A stretch of DNA of 64,000 nt from Planctomycetota bacterium (GTDB lineage Bacteria; Planctomycetota; B15-G4): contig CBDFJQ010000002.1 in the NCBI GenBank assembly GCA_965248575.1, positions 96,001-160,000 on the forward strand, read 5' to 3'. Position numbers and translations under genes: made by a program. The notes under the pieces were generated by a model. That model was not told where the DNA came from and ran no database searches. It worked only from the letters and a program-made list of their open reading frames with translations. Positions within the stretch are counted from its first letter, which is position 1; each line of letters opens with the position of its first letter. Positions 1-9,288 of the stretch are shown here, piece after piece.

Positions 1-1
1 C

Positions 2-1000
2 TACATCGCCGCGGACCCCACGCTCTGGTCGGATGGTCTGATCGGCAACCTGGCTGTCCTGCCGCCGCACATCCTCGAAGTCGTTGCGGATCGCCTGGTG
101 GCAGAGGGACGTAGCGCCGCCCTGGCCAACCGCATGCACATCTTATTGCTCAGCCCGAGCAAGCAGCCGGCAACGGTGCTTCGCCTCGCGAAGCGCTACG
201 CAGCGGGCTTGTTCAAGGGGCAGGACGAGGCGCCCGCCGTCGCGGAGGTCTTCATGGGCATCCTGCATCTGGCAGAAACCCAGGCCTTCCCCGCACTGCG
301 CGGCAAGAAGGATGCCAAGGACACCATGGAAGGGGTGCTGGACCTGTTCAACGGGAAGCGCGCCAGCCTGCTGAAGACCTTCTCCGAGGAAGCGACCCGC
401 ACCCAGATGGAGCGGGCCATGGGTGTGTTGGCTCGTTGTCGGGCCATGCCGGACGCCATCGTGTCGGCGATCGCGACCTCCTGTAAGGAGCGCTTTCCGG
501 ATCTCGTGCCTCGGGACGAGACGCCCTTCTGGGACAGCGCCAACATCTTCTCCAGCCGCGATGGCATCGCCAGCCGGCAGGAAGAGTACAGGGTGCTGTT
601 GGAAGTGAAGATCCCGGAGAACAGCGAGGCCATCGGCAAGGCTGCCTCGTACGGCGACCTTTCGGAGAACTTCGAATGGACCGCTGCCATCGAGCAGCAG
701 CGCCAGTTGACCGAGAAGGCCGCAGCGATGGAGGCGGAGCTCAAGATCGCCCGTGCCATCGAGGACCAGGAACTCACAGGAGACGTGGTCGCTCCTGGCA
801 TGCGCGTGACGTACAAGCAAGCCGGGAAGACACAGGAGATCGTCATTCTGGGCCCGTGGGATCGTGGTGAGGGAGTGGTGAGCTATCGCGCCCCTGTGGC
901 TGCCGGGATGTTGGGTTCGGCCGTGGGTGCCGAGGCAACGCTCGAGCTGCCTGACGGCAAGGTGGAGGTCACCGTCCTCTCCGTGAGCCAGGCCGTTTGA
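2..1000 (+). CDS. greA: GreA/GreB-family transcription elongation factor with long N-terminal extension (5'-truncated by window edge)
   Basis: Frame is open from position 2 (YIAADPTLWSDG...). Has the Gre coiled-coil tip GDLSENFE and the C-terminal ILGPWD...VSYRAPVAAGMLG...LPDG motifs. Confidence 0.85.
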   Translation, partial: YIAADPTLWSDGLIGNLAVLPPHILEVVADRLVAEGRSAALANRMHILLLSPSKQPATVLRLAKRYAAGLFKGQDEAPAVAEVFMGILHLAETQAFPALRGKKDAKDTMEGVLDLFNGKRASLLKTFSEEATRTQMERAMGVLARCRAMPDAIVSAIATSCKERFPDLVPRDETPFWDSANIFSSRDGIASRQEEYRVLLEVKIPENSEAIGKAASYGDLSENFEWTAAIEQQRQLTEKAAAMEAELKIARAIEDQELTGDVVAPGMRVTYKQAGKTQEIVILGPWDRGEGVVSYRAPVAAGMLGSAVGAEATLELPDGKVEVTVLSVSQAV

Positions 1001-1023
1001 GTCGGAGTGGCTGAGCCCCGGCC

Positions 1024-2580
1024 ATGACAGCCTCTGACTCGAGCGACGACCCGCACTCGGCTCCTTCCTCCCACGCAAGGGCGGGGGGGCCGAGTGCCGC
1101 AGAGATCCGCGCGGCCGCCGAGGTCGCTGGCGCCCATCGCGTCAGCCAGCCGTCACCGGAGGGTGATCGGCAGGCCGCTGGGGTCACGCGAGGGCGGTTG
1201 TCGGATCGCCCGGATATGCCGCTGTGGGAGGCGCTCTACGAGCGACGGACGACCCGCAAGTTCGATTCAGGGCGGCCGGTGCCCCGGGAGATCATCCTGG
1301 AGCTCCTGGATGCTGCGCTCATCGCTCCCACGTCCTGCAATTTGCAGATGTGGGACTTCGTGGTTGTCGATGACCCCGACCAGCGAGAGCAGCTCGGCAA
1401 GCTCTCGCTGCAGGTGCTGAGCACACCGGTTTCCATTTTCGTTGCGTATGGCAAGGAGTACAGCGAGGAGGGCTACGCCAACGTGCAGTCCACGGCGGCG
1501 GCCATGCAGAACATGTCCCTGGCTGCGCACGCCCTGGGCATGGGGACATTCTGGATCAACCAGCTGGGGCCGCGGGAGCAGGTGGGACGGATCCTCGGCC
1601 TGCCGGCGGACCGTGAAGTGGTCTGCGCGCTCGGAGTGGGCTGGCCCGAGATCTATCCGACGCGGGTTCCGCGGCGTCGCTCCTTCGAGCACGTGGTGCA
1701 CTGGAATCACTTCGGGGGTCAACCCATCCCCAGCAGCCCGCGCCCAGACGACTGGACGCTGGACCTGATCCGCGACTACCAGCAAGCGCGCGTGCTCAAC
1801 GGCAACCGCTACAACAAGAGCCGTGCGTGGGAGCTGGAGGCAGCCTTGCTGGCGGGGGCACGGCTTGCTGCCCCCGACAAGACGAGCCTGCCGACGGAGG
1901 AATCACCGCGTTGGTTGGATGTCTTGCCTGTCCACGGGTTGTTCACGGGGGCCATGGCGCGCGAACATCGCAGCCACCGATGGGCAGTGCTCGAACTCTC
2001 CGACGACGTAGCTCAATTCTGCGTGAAACGTTGCCCTGCGCAGGTGAAGGCCGAACCCCTGGTGTGGCAGCCCGGTGAGAGCCCCCCTGAGAGCCTTGCT
2101 GACGACGAAGGGAGCTTCGATCGCATCACGGTTCTGCATCGTCTGGAAAGTCTTCCGAGCTCGGAGCAGCAGGCATTCCTCGCAACGCTGAAGGGGCTCT
2201 TGGCCCCGAACGGGCGTCTGCTCCTGAAGGTGGTCAGTGCACGTTCGTTCCACGGACTGGCGAGTTGGATGCACGCCCGTCGGGGCGGACCGGGCGGAGT
2301 GGAGTACGTGCTGGCCCCCGACCCGAACCTGGGGCCTTTCGAAGCCCTGCTCCCTGCGCAGGTACAACGCATGTTCAAGGCGCTGGGCTTCCGAGTCGTG
2401 GAGGAGATCGCCGAAGACATCGTTCCCTCGGTGACCGAAGTGGATTTCCGGACCCGCAACATGCGAGGGCTGAAGCGGCTGATCGTGCGTGGCGGCGTGG
2501 GTGCGGCAAGGCTCCTGGCGCACCTCCCAGGCGCCCGCGCCCTGGCTCGTAGCAGGACATGGATTCTTGAGACTGGGTGA
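1024..2580 (+). CDS. Nitroreductase-family domain fused to a class I SAM-methyltransferase-like domain
   Basis: N-half: RRTTRKF, APTSCNLQMWDFVVV, QNMSLAAHALGMGTFWI. C-half: WLDV..HG, SFDRITVLH, LAPNGRLLL. Start could be later (MPLWEAL). Confidence 0.75.
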   Translation: MTASDSSDDPHSAPSSHARAGGPSAAEIRAAAEVAGAHRVSQPSPEGDRQAAGVTRGRLSDRPDMPLWEALYERRTTRKFDSGRPVPREIILELLDAALIAPTSCNLQMWDFVVVDDPDQREQLGKLSLQVLSTPVSIFVAYGKEYSEEGYANVQSTAAAMQNMSLAAHALGMGTFWINQLGPREQVGRILGLPADREVVCALGVGWPEIYPTRVPRRRSFEHVVHWNHFGGQPIPSSPRPDDWTLDLIRDYQQARVLNGNRYNKSRAWELEAALLAGARLAAPDKTSLPTEESPRWLDVLPVHGLFTGAMAREHRSHRWAVLELSDDVAQFCVKRCPAQVKAEPLVWQPGESPPESLADDEGSFDRITVLHRLESLPSSEQQAFLATLKGLLAPNGRLLLKVVSARSFHGLASWMHARRGGPGGVEYVLAPDPNLGPFEALLPAQVQRMFKALGFRVVEEIAEDIVPSVTEVDFRTRNMRGLKRLIVRGGVGAARLLAHLPGARALARSRTWILETG

Positions 2581-3089
2581 GCCCACATGCTGAGGAGCAG
2601 AACCAGATGGCTGCAGTAAGCCCCGTGCAGGATGATTTCGCGTCGGGAGCGGTCCGCGCACTCGTGGCACTTCACGCTGAGGAGCTGAGCAGCTTCCTCG
2701 AGACCTGGCGCGCTGCCGAGGCCCAGGGCTTGGCGTTGCCGGCCACTGAGGACCCCAGCTACGCCTCCCGTGAACATCTGCTCGTCCACGTGCTGGCCTG
2801 CGCAGCAGGGTACCTGGTGTGGATCTGTGAGCAGCTGGAGGCTACGCCGCCTGATCTCGACCGGAGCCCGCCGCCGGAGGGCTTTGGAGCCGCGGCGGGG
2901 ACCCACATGGAGAAGACCCTGGCAGCCTGGGATGTCAGCTTGCGCGAACTCACCGAGGCGCAGATCGACGGCCCTGCCTACAACTCACGCTGGGGCGTTC
3001 CCTACTGCATCGACTCCATGCTGGAGCACGCGGTGATGCACCCCATGCGGCACCGCCACCAACTGGAGCACCTGATGGGGGCGACCTAG
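2577..3089 (+). CDS. DinB/YfiT-family protein
   Basis: HLLVHVL near the N-terminus and LEHAVMHPMRHRHQL at the C-terminus (DinB His triad). GTGA overlap with the upstream gene. Confidence 0.75.
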   Translation: MSPHAEEQNQMAAVSPVQDDFASGAVRALVALHAEELSSFLETWRAAEAQGLALPATEDPSYASREHLLVHVLACAAGYLVWICEQLEATPPDLDRSPPPEGFGAAAGTHMEKTLAAWDVSLRELTEAQIDGPAYNSRWGVPYCIDSMLEHAVMHPMRHRHQLEHLMGAT

Positions 3090-3925
3090 AGCCAGGGCGC
3101 TTCGTGGGTGGCGGAGATGTTCTGCAGCACGCGCCGGCCGACGCCTTGCGTGGCCCGCTCCACGAGTGTCGGCGCCTGTGTCGGTGCTGGTGTCGTCGCC
3201 GGGGTGGGCAAAGGCAGAGGGCCGCGCACGCTTGTCACTTCCGCATCACGGATGTGCAGCGCGACATGACCTTGTTCGCCTCCCAGGTGTCGCATCAGTG
3301 CGACAACGAAGAGTGAGGCGCCCAGCATCTCCATGGTCCCTTCCACGGCATCGATCAGCACGTAGCCCATGTTGTCCGAGCCATAGGTGTCCGTCCAGAG
3401 GCCGAGCGGCAGCTCCATGAGCAGGGCTCCGCCGACGAAGATGCTGCCGGCCGTGACGAAATCCTTGCGCGTAACCGTGGGTAGATGCCTCAGGAACGGG
3501 AAGTAGGCACACCAACCGACGAACAGGATCACGGTGGTAGGAATCACCCAGTTGAAGCGTAGGAGGCTGGCGTCGGAGTCGACCAGGCCATGCAATCCTT
3601 CGTGCAGCACGGTCGCTTCGTCGAGGGAGATGTAGAAGAAGGTGAGTGAGAGGAAGGCCCAGTGGATCAGGAAGCGCCCCTTGTTCCTGTGCAGCTTGCA
3701 GGCGACCAGTGCAAGCAGGGCTGCGCTGAGGGCATGCAGGGTCGAGGAGAACCAGGTCGGGAGGTTCTGCTCGTCGCTCAGGGAGAGAGCCTCCTTGAAG
3801 GGGCCTACGAGCTCGCGGTCAGCCTCGTAGTAGGCCGTCACCGAGGCGCTGCCCAGGAAGGCGATCACTGCGGTGGCCGAGAACAGGATGCGGCGCACGA
3901 CTCGTGGTGAGAGATTCAGATCCAT
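3086..3925 (-). CDS. Multi-pass membrane protein, unknown function
   Basis: About 6 hydrophobic segments with motifs EQNLPTWFSS, SLDE...HE and EGTMEMLG. ATG at 3925 chosen. Confidence 0.7.
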   Translation of the reverse strand: MDLNLSPRVVRRILFSATAVIAFLGSASVTAYYEADRELVGPFKEALSLSDEQNLPTWFSSTLHALSAALLALVACKLHRNKGRFLIHWAFLSLTFFYISLDEATVLHEGLHGLVDSDASLLRFNWVIPTTVILFVGWCAYFPFLRHLPTVTRKDFVTAGSIFVGGALLMELPLGLWTDTYGSDNMGYVLIDAVEGTMEMLGASLFVVALMRHLGGEQGHVALHIRDAEVTSVRGPLPLPTPATTPAPTQAPTLVERATQGVGRRVLQNISATHEAPWL

Positions 3926-4300
3926 GGGGTCTTCGAGGGTCTCCGGGGCGGGCGCCCACGAATGGATGCCGGAACATCTCCGCCTGTCTGCTCGGGCGAT
4001 TGAGCCATTGAGCATGAGGAGCAGGGCGTCGCCGCGGGCGGTGCAGACGGCGTGTCTCCGGGGCGGCCCCCTGCTCGGTGCTTCTGACGGACGCCCGGTG
4101 CCAGCTCAAGGAGCGCTCGGCGAGCCCCCTGGGGGTCCGGAATCAGGGCTGAACCTGCCGTTGGAGGGGCAGTCCGCGTATGCTGGGGGCTGGGCGTGCG
4201 CACACCGGCAGGGCAGGGTCTGCCTCGTGGGGCTCCCCTGGCGATGGGCCTCCAGCACATTCAACGCGCTGGCCGCGACCGAAGACTCAGGAGTACGAGA

Positions 4301-5032
4301 ATGGCATCGACCTCCTCTGGCATCCCCGGCGGACGCATGGCGCAGTACGCGATGCTCGTGGCCACCGTTCCCGGTTTGGAGCGAAGGGGCAGCAAGACGC
4401 CTTACACCTCCCTGAACGGCAACATGTCCAGTTTCCTGACGGACACTGGCGTGTTGGCGCTCCGACTGGAAACAGAGGCTCGTGAGACTTTCATGCACGA
4501 GCATCGAGCAGAGCTGTGTCAGCGGCACGGGCGCGTCATGCGGGAGTATGTGGCTGTGCCCGAGGCTCTCTGGAAACAACGCACGGTGCTGCGGCGGGCG
4601 TTCATGTCCAGCGTCGCCTATGTGGGGACCCTGAAACCCAAGGTCAGCAAGCGCAAGGCACCCGCCAAGAAAGCCGCCAAGCCAGCGGCGAAGAAGGTAG
4701 CCCCCGCCGCCGCCCCCGTGTCCGGGAAGAAGAAGGCGAGTGTCTCGAAGGCCGCGGCCAAGGTGGCCATCCGCAAGAAGCCTGCAGCGAAGAAGCCTGC
4801 AGCGAAGAAGCCCGCAGCGAAGAAGCCTGCAGCGAAGAAGCCCGCTGCGAAGAAGCCTGCTGCCAAGAAGCCTGCTGCCAAGAAGCCTGCTGCCAAGAAG
4901 CCTGCTGCCAAGAAGCCCGCGAAGAAGCCAGCCGCCAGGAGGAAGCTCGCCACCAAGACGGTGGTCAAGGCGCGATCGCCCGCGAAGAAGGCATCGGCGA
5001 AGCGGCCCAAGAAGGTCGCGAAGAAGCGCTAG
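4301..5032 (+). CDS. TfoX-like N-terminal domain fused to a histone H1-like Lys/Ala/Pro tail
   Basis: AGGAG precedes ATG 4301. N-part PYTSLNGNMSSFL...LALRL...MREYVAVPEAL; C-part is KKPAA repeats. Confidence 0.7.
   Translation: MASTSSGIPGGRMAQYAMLVATVPGLERRGSKTPYTSLNGNMSSFLTDTGVLALRLETEARETFMHEHRAELCQRHGRVMREYVAVPEALWKQRTVLRRAFMSSVAYVGTLKPKVSKRKAPAKKAAKPAAKKVAPAAAPVSGKKKASVSKAAAKVAIRKKPAAKKPAAKKPAAKKPAAKKPAAKKPAAKKPAAKKPAAKKPAAKKPAKKPAARRKLATKTVVKARSPAKKASAKRPKKVAKKR
4775..4936 (+). repeat. 15-bp coding tandem repeat (AAGAAGCCNGCNGCN), 9 full KKPAA units then KKPA and KKPAA
   Basis: Read directly from the sequence; variation between units is at synonymous positions. Confidence 0.95.
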
Positions 5033-5577
5033 CCAGGCGGCGCCCACGCACCCGCATAGCGCGTGTGGTAGGGAGCGACCTCCTCACACAGCAACCCGTG
5101 CAGCAGGCCCAGGATCTGTCGCATGTGATGGTGGTCGTGGTCGACCCATGCACCCAGCAGGTCTCCGGCGCTGAGGGGGCCCAAGACCGGGTGCTTGTTC
5201 GTGAGCGTCCAATCCGGGCGCTCAAGGGAGTCCAGCCACGCCAAGGAGTCAGCTCGCTCCTGGAGGAATCGGTCGAGCGAGGCTTGGAACTCCTGGCGCT
5301 CGTAGTGACGTGACTCCACCCAGCCTTCGGGATCGATCCCAGGCCACGGCTCCGTGCTCTCTGCCAGTGTGTTGCGGATTCTCGGTTTGAAGTCGTCCCG
5401 CTCTTCGTCCGCCAGGTGGTTGACGACAAGCAGCAGCGACCACTTGCCGGGAGCCGGCGTCCAGCGAATCCAGTCCGCGGAGCCATCGGCTGTTTCATGG
5501 ATCGGAAGGCCCCCCAGCAGTGCCCGAAAGGCGGCAGCGTTCCGTCGCAGGCGTTCTCGCAACAGACTGAGTTCCAT
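5029..5577 (-). CDS. DinB-family protein
   Basis: PGKWSLLLVVNHLADEE and WVDHDHHHMRQI motifs; ATG at 5577. Confidence 0.8.
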   Translation of the reverse strand: MELSLLRERLRRNAAAFRALLGGLPIHETADGSADWIRWTPAPGKWSLLLVVNHLADEERDDFKPRIRNTLAESTEPWPGIDPEGWVESRHYERQEFQASLDRFLQERADSLAWLDSLERPDWTLTNKHPVLGPLSAGDLLGAWVDHDHHHMRQILGLLHGLLCEEVAPYHTRYAGAWAPPG

Positions 5578-5842
5578 GATGCAGATCTCCCTGGCATGGG
5601 TCGGGCACCGGCGATGCGGTTTGGAGCGTAGCATTGCCCGCTTGGTGTAAAGGGGGGGGGCGGGGTGAAGGCCAGGGACTTCGTGCGTGACGACGCCGAT
5701 CACAGTCACCGGCACAGCCATGTGACTCGCGGGTGCGCGAGCGCTAATGGGCGGGAGCTGGCACACTCTGTTGACTCTTCCCATTGACTCTTTGACAGCG
5801 CCGGACGGATATCGTCGCCGTCGCCCCCCAGGGCCCGAACCC

Positions 5843-7435
5843 ATGCGCATCGCCTTGCAACTCGTTGTGGCCGTGGCCATCGTCTGTCCCTCGGGCCTCA
5901 AGGGGCAGACGCCCCTGACCACGGAGCTGGTGGCCAGCGGCTTGACGCTTCCGGTCTACGCCACGGCTCCCGCGACAGATTTCGACCGTCTGTTCCTGGT
6001 TGAGCTTGCAGGTCAGATCAAGATCCTTCGGGACGGGGTCGTGCAGGCAGCCCCTTTCCTGGACCTGAGATCCGTGGTGCAGTCTTCACCCAACTTCGAG
6101 GGCGTGTTCGGGATGGCTTTTCACCCGCAGTACGCCTCGAACGGTTTCTTCTACGTGTACTACTCGGACCTCGTCGGTGGCGTGACGCTTGCCCGATACC
6201 AGGTGAGCGCAGATCCGGAGCTGGCGGATGCGGCCTCTGGAATGACATTGCTCCAGATTCCGACACCCTTGGATGGGCATGAGGGAGGTTCGCCGCTCTT
6301 CGGCCCCGACGGCTTCCTGTACCTGGCCATCGGCGACGCCGAGCCGCAGAACGACCTCAACTGCAATGGGCAGAACCTGCAGCTGCTGATCGGAAAGATG
6401 CTGCGCCTGGATGTGGACGGCGACGACTTCCCCGCGGACTCGAATCGCAACTACGCCGTTCCGCCGAGCAATCCCTTTGTGGGTGACGCCTCCGTACCCG
6501 ACGAGGTCTGGGCCATCGGCTTCCGGAATCCGTGGCGCTCGTCCTTCGACCGGGTGACGGGCGAGCTCTACATCTCCGAGAATGGGCAGAACCTGCGGGA
6601 GGAGATCAACGTCGAGCCAGCGGGTTTCGCAGGCGGGCTCAACTACGGCTGGCCTGTGATGGAAGGTGGCCTCTGTTTCCCGAACACGTGCGCCCAACCG
6701 GTGCCTGTCTGCAATGGGCCTGCACTGACGCTGCCCTTCTACGAGTACGACCACACCATGGGGTGCTCGGTGATCGGGGGATACGTCTATCGGGGGGGCG
6801 ACATTCCGGATCTCCGTGGCACCTACTTTTTCGGTGACTTCTGCGGCAGCTCGAGCGGGGCCGGCATCTTCAGCTTCCGGAAGCAGGGGCTCGGCATCAC
6901 CGACTTCCAGGACCGTTCGGTGGAGCTGGCGCCCGGTGGCGGCTTGGACATCGCGTCCATCGCGAGTTGGGGGGAGGACGCCCAGGGGGAGCTCTACGTG
7001 ATCGACCATTTCGGCGGAGAGGTCTTCCAGCTCGTTGCCGACGTTCCCGCCACGGGCGCCTTCGTGGACCTGGGTCCCTTCGGGATCCCCGGCGTCGCGG
7101 GGGAGCCGTTGATGACAGGAAGTGGTGACCTGACACCGGGCAGTGCCAGCGGGTACACGATCGATGTGGTGGGTGCGGCGCCGTCCGCGCTGGGTTTCGT
7201 GTTCTTCGGCACGGCCGTGAATGCGACGGCTTTCTATGGCGGGACGTTCTACCCATTCCCCTTCCTTGGCAGCCGCGCTTTCGGTTTCGACGCCGGCGGT
7301 TCACTGTCCGTAAGCACCGCTCTGCCGGCGAGTTTCCCCGGCGGCGTCTCCATTGCGCAGCAGTTCTTCTTCCTGGACCCCGTCGCACTGCACGGGGTGT
7401 CCGGTAGCAACGGGCTGCGGCTCGACGTGCCCTAG
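5843..7435 (+). CDS. Secreted PQQ-dependent glucose/sorbosone-dehydrogenase-family beta-propeller with an extra C-terminal domain
   Basis: Signal peptide MRIALQLVVAVAIV; motifs GMAFHP, HEGG...FGPDGFLYLAIGD, GFRNPWR, EEIN, NYGWP, SVIGGYVYRG. Confidence 0.85.
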   Translation: MRIALQLVVAVAIVCPSGLKGQTPLTTELVASGLTLPVYATAPATDFDRLFLVELAGQIKILRDGVVQAAPFLDLRSVVQSSPNFEGVFGMAFHPQYASNGFFYVYYSDLVGGVTLARYQVSADPELADAASGMTLLQIPTPLDGHEGGSPLFGPDGFLYLAIGDAEPQNDLNCNGQNLQLLIGKMLRLDVDGDDFPADSNRNYAVPPSNPFVGDASVPDEVWAIGFRNPWRSSFDRVTGELYISENGQNLREEINVEPAGFAGGLNYGWPVMEGGLCFPNTCAQPVPVCNGPALTLPFYEYDHTMGCSVIGGYVYRGGDIPDLRGTYFFGDFCGSSSGAGIFSFRKQGLGITDFQDRSVELAPGGGLDIASIASWGEDAQGELYVIDHFGGEVFQLVADVPATGAFVDLGPFGIPGVAGEPLMTGSGDLTPGSASGYTIDVVGAAPSALGFVFFGTAVNATAFYGGTFYPFPFLGSRAFGFDAGGSLSVSTALPASFPGGVSIAQQFFFLDPVALHGVSGSNGLRLDVP

Positions 7436-7443
7436 CTCGTGTC

Positions 7444-8067
7444 CTAGGTCTTGTCGCGGGCCGTGTGTTGGCCGATGCCAGCAGGCGTTCGCTCGCCGAT
7501 CCAGCGGGTCATGCTGATTTCTTCCAAGGCCGTGCTGCCGAGCCGGTAGCGGTCGGGGATGCGGCCCCTCTCCTGGAATCCGGCGGACAGATAGAGTTCC
7601 TGGGCGGCTTCATTGTCGGCATAGACGCCTAGGTCGAGCCAGTCCAGGCCGGCTTGTGATTGGCTCCAGCTGATGGCCGTCTGCAGCAGCAGGCGGCCGC
7701 CTCCACATCGATGGTGGGTGCTGCGCAAGGCCATGCCGAGCCCGGCACGGTGGAGCTCGGAGTGGATGCTACCGCCGGCCAGGTAGAGATGGCCCACCAG
7801 CGTAGGCTCCGCTTGAACCGTGGGTTCCCGGGGTTCGCGGGGCGCGAACAGCCCCCAAGCACGGCGCCAGCCCGGCAGGTCCAGCGGCTTGGTCCAACGC
7901 TCCAGCTCTCGTGTTTCTGCAGCCGCGATGTCGAAGATGTCGTCCGCAACGTAGGCGTGCGCGTGGCCCCTTCCGTCGCGTCCCGACTCCGATTGCACAG
8001 CCAGCATGTGGGCGATGTAGCGCGGGACATCGGGCAGGTCGAGCAGGCGTACCTCGAAGTCCGTCAT
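7444..8067 (-). CDS. GNAT-family acetyltransferase
   Basis: HRCGGGRLLL (motif A-like) and DNEAAQELYLSAGF. Confidence 0.8.
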   Translation of the reverse strand: MTDFEVRLLDLPDVPRYIAHMLAVQSESGRDGRGHAHAYVADDIFDIAAAETRELERWTKPLDLPGWRRAWGLFAPREPREPTVQAEPTLVGHLYLAGGSIHSELHRAGLGMALRSTHHRCGGGRLLLQTAISWSQSQAGLDWLDLGVYADNEAAQELYLSAGFQERGRIPDRYRLGSTALEEISMTRWIGERTPAGIGQHTARDKT

Positions 8068-8070
8068 GAT

Positions 8071-9258
8071 TTATGGCTCGAGCAGCGTGGCGACCTCGCG
8101 GGCGAGCACCGCCGTGTAGAGGTTGGCGCCCTTCTCGTGCAGGTGCATCTCGTCGAAGCGTAGGGCCGGGTCCAGGAGGTCGCGGTGCAGCTCGGGGTCG
8201 TCGAGATCGATCAGCGTGGGGATCGCGCCGGCCTTGGCAGCCTCCGTGATGAAGTACTCCTTCTGGCGGATGTCCGGAGCATTGGTGAAGAGCGGGGTGA
8301 CGCCAGCCGCGACGGCCATCTCCACGAGTTCCGCGAGGAGCTTGCGCTCCGTTTCCCAGAGTTCCTGCACCTTTCGGCGCTTGCCGGAGAAGTCGAGCAT
8401 GGGGCGCGCGCGGTGGGGGTTCTGCTCGATGCGATCGACCCATCCATCCATCGCTTCCTGCATCTTGTCGTAGCGCTCCATGAGCAGCTTGCGCTCGTAG
8501 TGCGAGGCGTCCCGGACCGCCTTGTTCATGGACACCCAGCCGCGCTGGTTCTCTCCGAGCCCACCGGGCCCGTTGGTGCTGCGGTAGATCTGCTCCTCAA
8601 TACGCGAGGCGGCAGTGCCCGTCAGCTGCTCCTCCAGGAGCTCCCGTGCGCTGCCGACGTTGCAGAGCCGGTATCCGAAGGACACGAGGTGGCGGCGCGC
8701 CATGTCCAGCTTCCAGCTGTCCTCCATGCCGGTGTCGGCGATCAGTTGCAGGGCGAGCAGGGTGCTGTCCAGATCGTGCCAGGCCTTCACGCGTGGGGTC
8801 ACGTGGTTCATGCCCGAGAGCAGGACGCCTGGGGCGGGCGCGTCGAAGACGATGGTCTTCAGCTTGGCGGGCTTCATGGCCAGGATCTGCGCCAGGATCG
8901 TCCGATTCTCCAGGGCGCCCATTCCGGGCACGCCGAAGTTGAAGGAGTGGACGGGCTTGCCCGCCGCCGCCATGGCTGCATCGAACTGCACAGGATCTAC
9001 GTGCCGGTACATCTGGCTGGAGCCCAGGAAGATCAGATCGTACTCGTCCTTGTGCTCGGCGAAGTATTCCAGCTTCGGCGTGGTCCAGCTGTCCGGCGAG
9101 TGCGGGAGCTTGCTGCCGATCCACAAGCAGCTACCCAGGAACACGACCAGCCACCAGAGCACGTGCGCCGTCCCGACGGGAATGCTGGGCACGTCACGCT
9201 CCGGACCGTCTTCCTTGACGAATCCGATCATCGAGTCAGTGCGGGAGCGGCGGGCCAT
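8071..9258 (-). CDS. Membrane-anchored SGNH/DltD-like protein, partner of the MBOAT
   Basis: N-terminal TM helix, FLGSSQ (block I), NFGVPG and FDEMHL (DxxH); directly downstream of the MBOAT gene. Confidence 0.7.
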   Translation of the reverse strand: MARRSRTDSMIGFVKEDGPERDVPSIPVGTAHVLWWLVVFLGSCLWIGSKLPHSPDSWTTPKLEYFAEHKDEYDLIFLGSSQMYRHVDPVQFDAAMAAAGKPVHSFNFGVPGMGALENRTILAQILAMKPAKLKTIVFDAPAPGVLLSGMNHVTPRVKAWHDLDSTLLALQLIADTGMEDSWKLDMARRHLVSFGYRLCNVGSARELLEEQLTGTAASRIEEQIYRSTNGPGGLGENQRGWVSMNKAVRDASHYERKLLMERYDKMQEAMDGWVDRIEQNPHRARPMLDFSGKRRKVQELWETERKLLAELVEMAVAAGVTPLFTNAPDIRQKEYFITEAAKAGAIPTLIDLDDPELHRDLLDPALRFDEMHLHEKGANLYTAVLAREVATLLEP

Positions 9259-9288
9259 GGTCGGTTCGGTTGCGGGTTCGGAGGGGGC

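Noticed and set aside
4775..4936. Tandem repeats as a possible CRISPR array
   Set aside because: No spacers; in-frame 15-bp coding repeat with synonymous variation; no cas genes.
5652..5660. G9 tract as a phase-variation switch
   Set aside because: Intergenic with no identifiable promoter elements around it; cannot be supported without reads.
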